Source of the DNA: Octopus bimaculoides
Lineage: Eukaryota
Length of the DNA: 64,000 bases
Assembly: GCF_001194135.2 (NCBI RefSeq)
Contig: NC_068995.1
Location: 50,760,860-50,824,859 of the forward strand
Reading direction: 5' to 3'
Shown: piece after piece, positions 1 through 13,870 of the stretch
How positions within the stretch are numbered: the stretch's first letter is position 1
Layout of the letters: each line of letters opens with the position of its first letter
Translations under genes and position numbers: made by a program
The notes under the pieces: model-generated
What the model was told of the DNA's origin: nothing
Database searches by the model: none
What the model saw: the letters and a program-made list of their open reading frames with translations, nothing else

Positions 1-450
1 ATATATATATATATATATATAAAGGAAGAAAGAAAAAACTGGTGGATCACAGCTGGAACATCTCGTTATAGGTCAACTCACACTAGGCTATCATGAGGCT
101 AACAATATCTTCCTTATCACTACACACCACCACTTCCACTACTAGACCTATTTTTTCCTTATACTGTGTTGGATGGAGTTAATGAAGCCAGCATTGTCCC
201 AGGAGAGCTCTGTTGGTTGTCAGTCCATCTGGCAAACCCCCAGGGAAGAGCCTAAGTTAACAATGATGTTTTGTATTTTACTGGAATCATTTCAGAAACC
301 ACAACTGCTTAAAACAACTCCAGAATGGCTACACAACCAAGAACTGTGCCACTTAAAGATGATGATGATAATAATAATAATGGCATCAAATTTTGGCACA
401 AAGCCAGCAGTTTCAGGGGCACTGAAATATGCTTCGACTGGTACTTATTT

Positions 451-690
451 TGCTGGACAAAATGCTTAGCGGTATTTCGTCTGCCGCTACGTTCTGAGTT
501 CAAATTCCGCTGAGGTCGACTTTGCCTTTCANNNNNNNNNNTCAAATTCCGCTGAGGTCGACTTTGCCTTTCATCCTTTCGGGGTCGATAAATTAAGTAC
601 CAGTTATGCACTGGGGTCGAGACTTAATCTCTTTGTCTGTCCTTGTTTGTCCTCTCTATGTTTAGCCCTTTGTGGGTAATAAAGAAATAA
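451..690 (+). mobile_element. young tRNA-derived SINE (family 2), interrupted by an assembly gap
   Basis: B-box gagttcaaattcc, then gaggtcgactttgcctttcatcctttcggggtcgataaattaagtaccag, with CpGs intact. Older relatives at 6150-6330, 27370-27460, 29390-29500, 44880-45030, 45780-45970, 46180-46340 and 51170-51260. Confidence 0.8.
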
Positions 691-978
691 GATGCATGCT
701 CACACAAATATGATGGGCTTCTTTCAGTTTTCATCTACCAAATCAACTCACAAGGCTTTCGTTGGCCCTAGGTTTTAGTAGAAGACACTTATTTAAATGC
801 AGACAAGGAACTGTCGAACAATAAACAATATATCACCACCATCACTACAGGGGTTAGACTAATCTGCTTTGTTGTTAAACACAGATGTCCTATTGAATGC
901 CAAAATCTGTTTGTTGAAGTTTACTCCAATTTGTTTGACTGAACTAAGAGGAAAAAAAGAACAAGTTCCTCTTCTTAC

Positions 979-1010
979 TTGATCAGAAAGACATCCAATT
1001 GTAGAGCCTT
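979..1010 (-). CDS. candidate 32-nt internal exon of an unidentified gene
   Basis: Strong signals on both sides: tctttttattgtcgcag|AAGGCT...GATCAA|gtaaga. Two frames are open (KALQLDVFLI or GSTIGCLSDQ). Confidence 0.4.
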
Positions 1011-1038
1011 CTGCGACAATAAAAAGACCAGCCAAACC

Positions 1039-1046
<8 letters not shown>

Positions 1047-1091
<45 letters not shown>

Positions 1092-1110
1092 GAAAGAGAG
1101 AGAGAGAGAG
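1047..1110. repeat. compound (TG)n/(AG)n microsatellite, representative of dozens in the window
   Basis: Other examples: (AT)n at 1-20, 10038-10068, 25535-25585, 31151-31194, 44675-44720; (GT)n at 7535-7608, 22437-22467; (ACT)n at 11521-11543; (AAT)n at 49418-49449; (ATT)n-(GTA)n-(GTT)n at 52816-52882. Confidence 0.95.
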
Positions 1111-2060
1111 ACAAGAGGCAGCGGGGTACATATGTCATCACCATTTTACATCTACTTTCCCTCCTAGCCTGAGTAGGATAGGCCAAAGAGGTTTCATTTC
1201 TTATCTGGAATCCCTACCCTCCAAGTCATGCTGCCTGACAGCATCTTGCGCGTGCATTTTTTTTTTTTTTTTTTTTTTGGTATGGTTTCTGCAGCTGGAT
1301 GCCATTCCTAGCCTGAACTGCTACACAGAAGGAACTGAGTGCATTTTATCAAAGGTGTCATGTTCTCAACAAGACAAAAGGGACAAAAAGGACCCCATAA
1401 CCCCACATTGTATCCACTCGATTACCTATCCCTTTACAGAGCGTACTATGTGTGCACAAGCAGTAGTTAAGCTGCCCTTACACCCAGTGAAACAAAAGGG
1501 GTTTTCAACACAGTATGCTGTCTCTATTCAGGGCATTGTGACCAACAGAGAGGGTAAGACAGAGGATAAATGCAGAGGAAGAACTAAGGTAGGAGGCAGA
1601 CAGAAGTGAGAGTACAGTGGTGGTGGTGGTGGTGGTGGTGGAGGAGGAGGTGGTTGACAAAGTGATTGGTGTGAGGAGGAAGAAAGATGGTGCTAGAAAG
1701 AGTGATGACGAGGGGACAGGGATGATAGGGTGCAACGAAAGAGACAATAATAGCAGAGAAGTGGGAGTGAGGGCATGTGATTGTTATTCATAGAATGGGG
1801 GATGCTATATGAGGGAACTGCAGGCAGGGGACCAGTGGCTATGATATTTAATATGTATATTCTTTTCTTGTTTCAGTCATTTGATTGCAGCCATGCTGGA
1901 GCACCGCCTTTAGTTGAGCAAATCAATCCCAGGATTTATTCTTTCTAAGCCTAGTACTTACAATATATTTTGACTAAAATGTTATAACAAAAGGGTTTTT
2001 TAAATATTAGCCATGAACATGCTTGCTGTGGGAGGCACAATATTTTCGATTCAGAAATGT

Positions 2061-2398
2061 AAAAGGGGTAAAGAGCCTCTTTGGTCATGAATGACCATGG
2101 GATTGTACCTAGAAAGTTTCCCTCCAAGGCACAAGTCTGGACAAGGTTGTTTATGGAAGACCAGCAGTCACCCATGCATACCAGCCTCCCCTCTCCACAC
2201 CACTGGTGTTACCCAAGGGAAAGGCAAAAGCCGATACAACTTGGCACCAGAGATGTTGCAACTCATTTCTACAGCTGAGTGAACTGGAGCAATGTGAAAT
2301 AAAGTGTTTTTCTCAAGACCACAACACACAGCCTGGTCCAGCAATCAAGCTCATTATCTCATGATTGTCAGCCCGATGCTCTAACCAATAAACCATGT
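2061..2398 (-). mobile_element. full-length tRNA-derived SINE (family 1)
   Basis: Reverse-complement homolog of 60382-60720 over its whole length. Confidence 0.85.
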
Positions 2399-5300
2399 CA
2401 AGAAAGGGTAAACATAACTGAACAAGGCTTAAGCCCTTAAGCAATTTAAATAGGCCACATCAGGCCCAAATATTCCACCTTTTTTATCCAGCCTCTCACA
2501 CCTACCATACAATGTCCTAAAAATAAGTAATCACATCATTGAAATCTTGAAATTATGGGATAATGCATGGTTAATTCAAAACAATGTGAATAAATAAGCA
2601 TTAGATTTGGCAGTGATGCTGAAGGGTTAAATCAACCAAACAAAGGCATTAACCAAGCTATTTTAGAGTAATTTTGATGTAGGTAAACATTCTAAATGTT
2701 GTCAGGTATTCTGATCTTGAAAGAATCCCAGAAGAAAAAAAACAAGAGTATGATGATTACATTTGAACAGGTATCAAACAAACATGGCCGCTATCTGTTA
2801 GAAATAGTTTACTGCTTGACTATAGACAGAGCACAAGTTGTGATGCAATCTGGTTATATGATACAGAAAATGTAAGTTTTGGCTTCATGTCAAGAGCAAC
2901 CGTATCATCTTATAAGCAAAGGCTGAGATATTACTTGCACCTCTCACTGTATCACAATTATGTTGTAGCCACTAAGTAAACATGTTATTAAAAGTTGTCT
3001 TGGCTGATGAGACGACCTGATTCTTGCTTCCACCAGTGACTGTTACAACCACATTAACAGGAATGCTGACAGTCACCGAGAAAGCCTCTATACAGTCACT
3101 CAACCTGCTAGAAATAATAGACAAATCACACCCTACAATGGATAATGCAGTGTTTGATACACTGTATGAATAAAAGGAGATGGCTAAGACTGGATAACCT
3201 TTGTCTGCTGATTTGCTCCAATCATGACTGAGTTGGCCCTAAACAGCAAATGCATGCTGGGTATTGACAGGAAGGGCAACTAAGTTTTGTGTTTGAGCAT
3301 AATGATGTAAAACAGCTTAGCTTTCATATCAAAAGGTAATTTACCCAGTTGGTAAATAAAGACTTGACAAAATTGTCAGACAGGCTGGAATAAGTACTGG
3401 GACAATGTGATTGACTAAAAGTACAAACATAAACATTTCAGGTTCAAATAACACCACAGTAATAACTATGGATCATTTTGCAAATTGATTTATGTCACAT
3501 CCAGTTCTCAATTGGAATATAGAAACATATATTTGTGTTTCAGTATTACTTTCAAGAATAAAGTAATTAAGAAAAGCATCATTCAAGCAAGCTACAGATG
3601 ACTAAAGCAGACAACATGAACTTTATCTATCCCTCCAACCATCGTAATATCTACTTATCTCTGTGTGTGCGTGTGGGGGGAGGGGTTGTGGTAGTGCTCC
3701 ATCATGGCCTTAAGCAGATCTTAGACTGAATATAAACACAAGGAATTACTTGGAGAAGTCAAATGTTCCAAGAGAAAATTGAAAATTCACCAGGTGGAGA
3801 TGCCAGCCAGTTTATTGTGATTCAATCTTTATGTAAATAAAACTAATTTAACTCTAATTGGGGACTCACTTCTTTGTCATTAATATATTTAATAAGGTAT
3901 AAATGTCACACATATGCACCACTTCTCTAAATGTTTGAGTGTTTATCAGTTAAAATAAAATCAACCAAATTCCAAGGCCAATGAGGAAGACAATGTGGTA
4001 ACACGAACTGCTACAAATAGTAGCCAAATTTATCTTAAATCACACCCTTTCTGACTTAAAAAGAGGAGGAGACATGTATCCAAGAAAATTTGGTCCACAA
4101 TATATACCTTAAACAAAAATCAGTTGATAAGGGTTTGAATACCTGAGAATATAGCTCAACTCAGTGTTGACCTGAGGTTCAACAGCAACAAATCAAATGT
4201 CACACAAAATGAATAACCCTCTTGTATTTACACCAGCCATATCCGGCTCAAATTTTCTACCTGTTTTATCTTCAAACAGCCTCTCACACTTCTCCTACAA
4301 TGTTATTCTAAAAATAAACAATCACGTCATTGAAATCTCAAAGTAATGTATGACTAATTCAAATCAATGTGAATAAGCAAGTATTGAATTTGACAGAGAA
4401 ATCTGAATACAAAATGAATAAACAACATTCTCTAGATCAATGATTTGTAGGTACGTGGTACTTCGTTATGCAAATATAATATATTATAAAGTATAATAAA
4501 TGTTTCTATATGTCGATACCACATTCTACTGTGTAGAAATAACTTTAACAAAATTCTCTAGATTGGTTAAGTGGTTCTATCTCCTTGCTTGACTTCATTC
4601 AAGTAGCTTGGTCTATGTCACTGTCCTCACTTCCTCAATTCTAACAATACCAGTTCCTTGTTATGTGAAGCTGTGTACTCCCTAACTGTTCCACGTTATG
4701 TATTGGTAGCTGCTAGTATCACAACTTCATGTTATTGTCTATTTACTCAAAAGAACATATTTCTTCAACAAAGAGTTTGCTTGAAACATAAAACTTCCTC
4801 CACCCCTTCCTCACAGCAAACCAAATTATTATTATTCCACTTGGAACTGTTTACACATGTTAATTGCTGACATAGACCATTACTAGTTTCCTCGCAGCCT
4901 ACTGTCTATTTTATTGGTAACTTAGCTTCACTGTCAACATATGCCAAGCATTAAGAGTATTTATAATGAAATGTAACGAATTGAAAATTTATTTAATTAC
5001 TTTAAATACATTCATTAAATCATTATTTCATTACTTCTACAAGTTGCAATGCACACCCACATCACATGTCACAACTACATGTGTTTTTTTGTTGACTACC
5101 TAAACTGTAGTTTAAAAACCATTTTAAAATAACTAGTCTCTCTTTCTTTCACAGAAACTTTCAAGGCTTCTAAGACTAACTACGACCAACAGTGACTAGA
5201 GACAAGCAGGAAGAAAGTTGGTGTGCAGGAAAATGATAAGACCTACTTCAAGCACAAAGTAACCAATCTACATTGAAAGGATCGTGAAGTCAAGAGGAAG

Positions 5301-8010
5301 AGATGAAACTAACGAAGAATGTTTAAATCCTTATCTCATATATTCAGAAATTTAACTTTTGAGTATTTTTTCCAGAAGTTTCAGTTATAATTCTGTAAAT
5401 ACAAGAAAATAAATATAAAATAAATTCCATTTAAAAAAAAAACAAAAAAAAAAACAAGACACGTAAGTCAAAATTTGTAAGAGTGGTAACATGGGAAGTT
5501 GTGGCAGCCATGTCTTTTTCAACACATCTAAAAACATAGTGATGTATGTGAAATGGAAGGATTTCAACCAAAACAGAGAATTTGGTTACCAAGACCTGCT
5601 CTACAGATCTCATCAAAAAGAAGGTAACTTATATAGTTATCAATTGTTATGTATCGCATGCTTTTGCTACTCATTGCTGACACTAAAACAAAAGTTTTCC
5701 CAATTGAGTGTGAATTCTCCCACCAGATGAAGCCATTACGTTATTTTGTTCTTTGTTTTCTTGGCAGAGATATTGGGGTGGTTTGCATTAGCTTTCCCCA
5801 CCTGGATTACTGTTGGCACACAAGGAGCTTATCCACCCTTCAACAGGTCTTATTGGGTTAATTCATTCAACAAAAAATTCAACAAGATGGCGCACCAGCA
5901 TGGCTGCTATCTAATAACTGAAACAAGTAAAAGATAAGCTAAACACAATTGGGAGACAGTCACTAGAATTAATCTAGTTACTCCACAAATTCTGAATGAC
6001 CTTAACAATCAAGGGCAAGAGCCCTCTCCCAGTTGTGGCCAACAGCCAATGATTTCTCTACACAAGTACTACAAGGCCACAAATTTCATGGAGAGGTGTA
6101 ATTGATCAACATATCTCCTGATTTTGACAAGCATATATTGGCACAAGGCCAGCAATTTTAGGGAAAGAGTGTGGTTAGCTGGTTAAATCGACCCCAGTAT
6201 TTGATTGGTACTTTACTTTATCAACCCTGTAAAGATGGAAAGCAAAGTTGACGTCAGTGGGATTTGAACTCAGAATGTAAAGAAGCAGAAGTGCCACTGA
6301 GCATTTTGTGCAATGCGCCAAATATTCTGTTAGCTCACTGCAGCAACAAGAACAACAACAAGTGATTTGTCACACTAGCAAAACGCCACCGATTCAGAGT
6401 GGATTATGGTGTTTACATATGCATCGTTATACCCACCCCTCCATATCACCCTCCTCCTCATCATCATCATTTTAATATCCACTTTTCCATGCTTGCATGG
6501 GTTGGACAGAATTTGAAGAGGAAGATTTTCTACAGCCGGGTGCTCTTCCTGTCATCAATCCTCACTCTTTTCTAAGCAAGGTAAGAACATAGCTTGCATG
6601 ATGGTGATGCTTATTTAGAAGACAATAACACACACACACACACACAGAGGCTTCTTTCAGTTTCTGTACACCAAATCCACTCACAATGCTTTGGTTGGCC
6701 TGAGACTATTGTAGAAGACAGATGGCCAAGGTGCCACGTAGTGGGACTGAACCAAGAACCATGTGTTTGGTAAGCAAATTTTTTAGCACACAACACCACC
6801 TATCATACACACACAATATGATACTTTGTTTATATCTTAAAAATTTTTTTTTTCTACTATGTAGAAACCCACTTGTATACACCTGCTCTTGTATATATTC
6901 TATTAGGTCAATATCATATCTGTTCACACCTACGCACTATTATGTGAGTACTGCCTGAATTGCTACCTCCAAACTCTTCTACTCACTCACACCCCTAATT
7001 CTTTGAGTACGACTCATAACTCAACACTCTCTCCTCTGTAACAAAACAAAAGAAAAAAACCCACCTCGCCCTTCCCACTTTCATTATTCACTTTGTGATT
7101 TCTCTGATATTTCCTTTTAACTCTTCCCTGCCTATCTAACTCAACAAAAGACAAATTGTAGAAAACGATATCTTGAATCTTGAGATTATTTTCTTTTTTA
7201 TTCAGTGCAATACAGCCAATTTGTATTAGTTTTTTTTTTTTGGGGGGGGGGGGNNNNNNNNNNNNNNNNNNNNNNNNNNNNNNNNTTTTTTTTTTTGGGG
7301 GGGGGGTCTCTCTTTAAAAAAAAATAATAATAATAATTTTGGCTCTCCATTCAGTTTGACAAAATGCTTTCTGGATTAAACTACCATGCTGACACAGATT
7401 AAAACCCCCTAGGATTACATAGATACTGGATTTAGTATAAACAATGCCAGCACTCATCTGCATTTCATTTCAGAGAAAATAATAGGCTTCCTATTACCCT
7501 ATGAATAGTACACGAAGCAGGAAATTTGTCTGAGTGTGTGTGTGTGTGTGTGTGTGTGCGTGCGTGCGTGTGTGTGTGTGCGTGCGTGCGTGCGTGTGTG
7601 TGTGTGTGTTTCAATCAGCCTTCTCTTTCTCTGTAGTATCAAGTGTATCTCTATGCTGCATCACTTGTATTTTTCTGCTAAGCTTCAAGTGAGTCTGACA
7701 CACACCCAATTTCTCCTCTTCCACAACAAATCTATTTAATGTCACCAAAAGCCACACCCAGTTCCTCTCCCATCATGCAAATTGTCCCATCCCACACCCA
7801 ACATACTAACAACTATTTTGCCGAATCTTTTCCCCCGTGGAACATCACCAGCTTGGAATTCCTTCCTTGTTCAGGTTTTTCCCCAGTAGATGTCAATTTA
7901 CAAACGTCAAAGCAGAACGTTAGCCACACATATCTCACCAATTCTGAAACAGCAACGAAATTCTGGGAACTGCTGCCTCTTTTTTCTTCATAATAAAGTT
8001 AATGAGTTAA

Positions 8011-8236
8011 TTAACCCTTTAGCATTCAGATTATTCTGTCAAATGTTATAAATATTTATTCATATTCTTTTGAGTACATCCTGCATTATTTTATAGCTTC
8101 GAGATTTCGATGATGTGATTGTTTATTTTAAGAATATTGTCAGAAAGGTGTGAGAGGTTGGATCTGACTAGTAGGAACATAAAAGCAGGTAGAATACTTG
8201 GGCCAGAAAGGGCTAGTTTAAATGCTAAAGGGTCAA
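8011..8236 (+). mobile_element. piggyBac-like MITE, TTAA-CCCTTTAGCATT...AATGCTAAAGGG-T(C)AA
   Basis: 12-bp TIR, TTAA-type flanks, about 225 bp, many homologous copies in the window. Confidence 0.75.
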
Positions 8237-8545
8237 TAAGTAAACAGTTGGTATAGTCATTTGACAATTCTTCAAAGTGATGCAGCTCTTCCTTAGGTTA
8301 AGTAATAAAACAATGTCACATGACTGTCTCTCTACTACAAGCCATGTAGAAAACCAATGCCACATGTTTGTATCTCCACCTCAGTCTAACAACAGTGCTA
8401 GATGTCTTCTCTTCAACTTCACCAGACTAACTAATGTTGTCACATGACTCAACTCACCCCCAGAGTAAGCAATGTCATGTGACTGTCTATCTACCCATCA
8501 CATGACCATTAAGTCTTCATCCCAAGCCTAACCAAAATCACATGG

Positions 8546-8577
<32 letters not shown>

Positions 8578-10033
8578 ATTTATATATATATACACACACA
8601 CACACGTCTAACAAATATCATGTCACATCATCACTGTTTGACCGTGAATTCTTCTTTGGGTCTGCAAAAATAGTTTATTCCTGACAATCTAGTATTACCC
8701 TTGTTATAAGGGGAAATCTGTCAATTTCTGATTCCCAATCTTTCTAATCTCCTAAATTACGTAAATCCTGACTGTTCTGTAACCTAAATATCTGCCGCTA
8801 CAGGATCGGTTCCAAGTCACCAATAATAACAACCGCAAACGACAACAACAGCAAGCATAGCACTGAGTGCTTGATAAATATGACAGCGATGACTTATAAA
8901 CAAACAGAGGGTGTATGGGAGGGAGAGGGGGGGAGAGAATATAAACAAAACAGAAATTGTACAGGAAGTATGATAATTGGAGAGAGGTAAAAGAGGACAA
9001 AGAGGGGGGAAGAGGAGAGAGCCAGACAAATGTGAGGGAAAGATACTGAGAGAAAAGAAGAAGAGATGTGAAGGAGAGACAGAAAGAGAAAATAAGGATG
9101 GAAAGAGAAGTGGTTGGACATACATCAAAAGAATGTGTGAATGGTGGTGTTATTGTGACCTATGACCCATAGCCATTCCAGCCATGACAATCCTGTTTTT
9201 CTTTCAGGAGAAAGTGTATCAAGTATGTTATTTTTTTTAAGAGACTGCTGATTCCAAAAAGGATTGGCTTCCGCTTCCAGCGGGGTCAGGTGGTCCTGCA
9301 GGGCCCACAGTAACCCTGTTGGTATGTGTGGAGGTGTTTGCTGTTGGTGTTATTAATATGTGGTTGGTAAACCTGTTATACATGTACCAGATCACATCTC
9401 AGTATTTCATGGAAGAGTAGTTCATATTCCAGTAAAGTTATTTTGTGGTAAAACCCTAACTACTACTTCTTCTCAGTTTCCCCACATTTTTCTGGGAAAG
9501 TTACTCTCAATAGACTAGCAACCTCTCCCAGAAACCCATTTCACACAGTAGTTTCAATGTCTATGCCTGATACCGGTGGACTTTTGTTACAGGATCAATA
9601 TTTATTTAACGAAAGGATCTATGAAGAAATAGATGGATATATCACCAAGCTAACGGCAATTTACATTCTAAGTTCAAATCTTGCCAAGGCCTGTCAGTAT
9701 TTCCAGAATATAAAGCTACATTCAAATCAACTAATGGGAGATGGGTTTGAAGAATGTAAATTTTCAACTCAATCTATCTGCATTCTAAGTAATTATCAGA
9801 CTAGCCATATTGAACTATTTCCTGACCACTCATGCTTTGCTCCACTTTAAGAAATACCTATTCACGTGTCGGGGTCAATGTAACCAATCAAACAACCTCC
9901 CCTGAAAAAATACTGGCCTAAATTACAAACAATTACCATCACCACCACCACTCAGAGTTTCACGTTCCCAATTAACAGGAACGTGAAACTCTGAGTAACA
10001 GCTTTTGCTATATTTCTGCTGCTTTTAAATAAA

Positions 10034-10072
<39 letters not shown>

Positions 10073-13000
10073 ACGGGCTTCTTTCAGTTTCTGTCTACCA
10101 AATCCACTCACAAGGATTTGGTCAGCCCAAGGCTATAGTAGAAGACACTTGCCCAAGGTGCTATGCAGTGGGACTGAACCCGGAACCATGTGGTTGGTAA
10201 GCAAGCTACTTACCACACAGCCACTCTAGTGTTTGTTTTTTTTACATGTCAAATAATTTCAGGACAATGCATGATGCTTGTCAGAGAAAATATACATTTC
10301 GCTGTAAAAACTAAAAATGAAATCTGAATCAAACACACAAATAATAATAATAATAAATAATAGCAGTAAAATATTTAAAATGGACGTTTTATTTATTTAT
10401 TTATTTTTTTCTTTTTCCTTGTAGGCCTAATAATAATGGTTTCTTTGTCATTCGCAGAAAGATTTAAATCTCAGCCAGAATCAACTGACATCATTGCTTT
10501 TGCAAAAGGAATTGTTTTCACCCAATGCCTTAAGGGGTGACGAGGGGAGAACGAAGGGGTGATGAGGAGACAGAAAGAACCACCAAGAAAAGTACATAGC
10601 AATCAATGATGACACAAAAGCCTTTTTAGGTTAAAATGTGACACCCCTTATCATTATTGGTTGTTTCATAGGATCCTTTATCATCAAGATTAAATATAAA
10701 TTTACCTCTTTTAAAGAAAGAAAGAAAAAGGATAATGTCTCTCACTGTCAAGTGAGGTTGTTTATCTAAGAAACACAACAGATGCAGTGATGTTTCATTT
10801 ATTTTTTTTATCTTTCACTGGTTTCAGTTATTAGACTGTGGGCATGCTGGAGCACTGCTTTGAAGAATTTTAGCCACTACTTGTTTGTTTGATTTTTAAG
10901 CCCGATACTTATTCTAATGGTCCATTTCGCCAAATCACTAAGCTACAGGGATGTAAACACGCCAACACCAGTTGTCAGGCAGTGATAGGGCACAAACATA
11001 AACACACACACAGAAACACATGAAAATGAGATGACAAATGTACAAATGATTATCTTTATAAACTTCATTAGCTTACAGTTGTTTCTGCTAAAAGATGCCG
11101 TGGACTCATAGTAACACCTTATAGCTTCATCAGAGCCTCAAATACGAAGTGCAATTCATTTGGGAAAAGAATTACATTTAATCCTTTATTCCTTTGTCAT
11201 CTGATTTGTTATTATTACAGCTCTGTATTTGACTAATGCTCTATTCTGAAGCATATGCATATTCAGTTCTTCACCAAGTTATTGGTCCTGTAATGCCAAA
11301 GTGGTGTGTGTGCGTGCATATATATATATATATATATATATTGTGAAGGTGCATGGCTTAATGGATAAGGTGTTGCACTCACAATTGCGAGATTGTGGGT
11401 TCAATTCCCAGACCAGGCATTGCATTGTATTCTTGAGCAAAGCACTTTATTTCACATTTGGAGCTAAAACATCTCTTAAAATCACTGAATGAAAACTGTC
11501 ACATCAGCTAAAGTATAACTACTACTACTACTACTACTACTACATAACCACCACCACTGTAAGCACCAAATATGTTTTACACCATCTCCCAACAGGACCC
11601 CAAATAAAAATGTGTCATTGCCATCCAGAGAGATTTCATTACACTGACATTAAATTGTAGGAAAACATTTGAGAGTTAGATACACATTATAAGTAAGTAG
11701 TAAGACACTTGGAAACATTCCAGAATGTTCTGTAACAGCCTTGTATAATTTCTTAGCAGCTTTCTAAAAAGAAACATCCAGTAGAGAAGCTCTCCAGAGA
11801 ATACGATTGTATAATTCGAGAAAAGGTTATTCTTGTTTGTTTACAAGTTTGAGAAAATACTTAATGCCTCCAGGCAAAAACACCGAGAATCGAAAACAAC
11901 AAAAATACATAATTTAAAAAGCAAAAAACACAAATAAACTACTTCACGTTTTAGACTTTTACAACTTGAACAGGGACAAGCCTGTAACCAGGAGCAATTT
12001 ACACTAAGCAGAAGGGAGGAAGATTACAAACGAAAAAAAAATTTTTTTATTTTTCTTCTCTCAACTGAACAGTAGGTGGAAATGATAAATTTGGCACTGA
12101 TGCTGTCGAAGAGTTGCATGCAAAATTTACGATGAGATCCCTATGTATGCCAGTGAAATGTCAATCAGTCCGAAAATTATACGCACAGAAATCAATACAG
12201 CATCCATGAGTCACTAAGTTTTCTTCATTTATCCATCACGATATTAATGAAGTATATTGATTCGTTTCGTTTGCTTGTGTTCCTTCTTTCTTTCTGTCTG
12301 TCTGTCTGTCTTTCATCCTATCTAAACAACCAATGAGCAATACCGGAAATAATTAACTATTTTCAGAAATAAGCAATACTGAACTGCAAACAACCCCAAT
12401 TAACATTATCCAAACCTATTTAACTGACTAATAGATCAACCAATAATAATAATTTCTTTATATTTGCCGAAGGGGCCTTGNNNNNNNNNNNNNNNNNNNN
12501 NNNNNNNNNNNNNNNNNNNNNNNNNNNNNNNNNNNNNNNNNNNNNNNNNNNNNNNNNNNNNNNNNNNNNNNNNNNNNNNNNNNNNNNNNNNNNNNNNNNN
12601 NNNNNNNNNNNNNNNNNNNNNNNNNNNNNNNNNNNNNNNNNNNNNNNNNNNNNNNNNNNNNNNNNNNNNNNNNNNNNNNNNNNNNNNNNNNNNNNNNNNN
12701 NNNNNNTCCAAGTGGGGGGGGAAAAAAAAATAATAATAATTGCCATGATGCAGTACCAGGTAGTAGCTTTCATGGTTTCTGATTTTAACTAATTGGAAGT
12801 GTTAACATGTATATGTCGTGTCTTGGTGTAAAGTTTTATATTCATGTATTGGATATATAATATAACGAAGCAGGGGGTGGGGGAGAAAGTATATACATGA
12901 TGCATTACTATATTACACAAGACTCAACACTCCATATCACAGTAAACTGCTTCTTTGTTTTATAACAATGAGTCAGTCCACTTTCAGTCACAGGAGGAGG

Positions 13001-13642
13001 GGTTGGAATCCTTCTACAGCATAAAGGGAGGGACTACAGCAAATATTCTGCTCAATACCAGATTTGCTTTTCAATTGCTTGACCATAACCAGTTGCAGGT
13101 TCAATTATGCCCTAGAGAAAGCCATTTCATTTCACATCGTCCCAGTTCACACAACTGAAAATGAGTAACCATCAGCGACTTGGGAGTTAACCCAATATGA
13201 TGCATTGGGATCTAATTCAGAAGAGAGAGGAGTTTTGTACTCTCAGTTGTTTAAAGAGTACAGAAACCAAGGTAAATTCTGGCCTAATGAGCCCGCAGGC
13301 TCAAGATACACTAAAATTCTAATGCAAAAACTGAAAAAGTTGCTGTAATAAGGGAAATTCCAATGCATGACTATAATCATGGAATGAAGAGACAAATCAT
13401 TGTCCTGAATGTACACAAGAATACTCTGTGACTGTGACTGCAAGTGTGTGTGTTTAAGTACACATCAGGTTTGTCTTTAGAAGACACAAGCATTTTACAA
13501 AAAATTTGTTGATGCCAAGAAATAGCTAAAAAAAAAAAAAAAAAATGAAATAATTTCCATATAACCTAAATTCAAACAAAAAGCATTCGTTCTCTAAGCA
13601 ACAAATATTCATAGCATGAGATAGCTTCATACTTCAGCAATA

Positions 13643-13870
13643 TTAACCCATTAGCATTTAAACCAGCCATATCTGGCCCAAATATTCTACCTGCTTTATG
13701 TTGCAATTGGCCAGATCGGGTATCTCATACCTATCCTGCAATGCCATTCTAAAAGAAACGCACAATCACATCATCAAAATCTTGAAGCTATGAGATAAAG
13801 CACGATTAATTCAAAGCAATATGAGTAAATAAGCGTTACATTTGAGAGTAATCTGAATGCTAAAGCATTG
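13643..13870 (-). mobile_element. piggyBac-like MITE copy (reverse orientation)
   Basis: TTAAcccattagcatttaaaccagcc...atctgaatgctaaag is the reverse complement of the 8011 copy. Confidence 0.75.

Noticed and set aside
500-573. Exact 32-bp direct repeat flanking the 10-N gap
   Set aside because: Identical sequence on both sides of a gap inside a SINE is the signature of an unmerged contig overlap. The same applies to the T/G runs around 7254-7285.
2427-2442. Short 6-7 bp hairpins (also 11714-11729, 42506-42524, 44724-44747)
   Set aside because: Expected by chance at this length in 64 kb.
9208-9222. Apparent 15-nt plus-strand microexon (tttctttcag|GAGAAAGTGTATCAA|gtatgt)
   Set aside because: The pyrimidine tract belongs to an antisense family 5 SINE fragment (cattccagccatgac.atcc), and no partner exons could be linked.
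9235-9372. GC-rich segment readable as a minus-strand terminal exon (FTNHILITP...ESAVS*) or a plus-strand exon
   Set aside because: Weak acceptor, both strands equally plausible, and no recognisable homology.
10458-10496. Peptide KDLNLSQNQLTSL resembling a leucine-rich repeat
   Set aside because: A single motif with no second LRR, no good donor and a stop 22 codons later. A different frame follows the stronger acceptor at 10424. Treated as probable chance.
12420-12792. ORFs dominated by X (also 25140-25607, 31147-31539, 57746-58123)
   Set aside because: They span N gaps and are artefacts.
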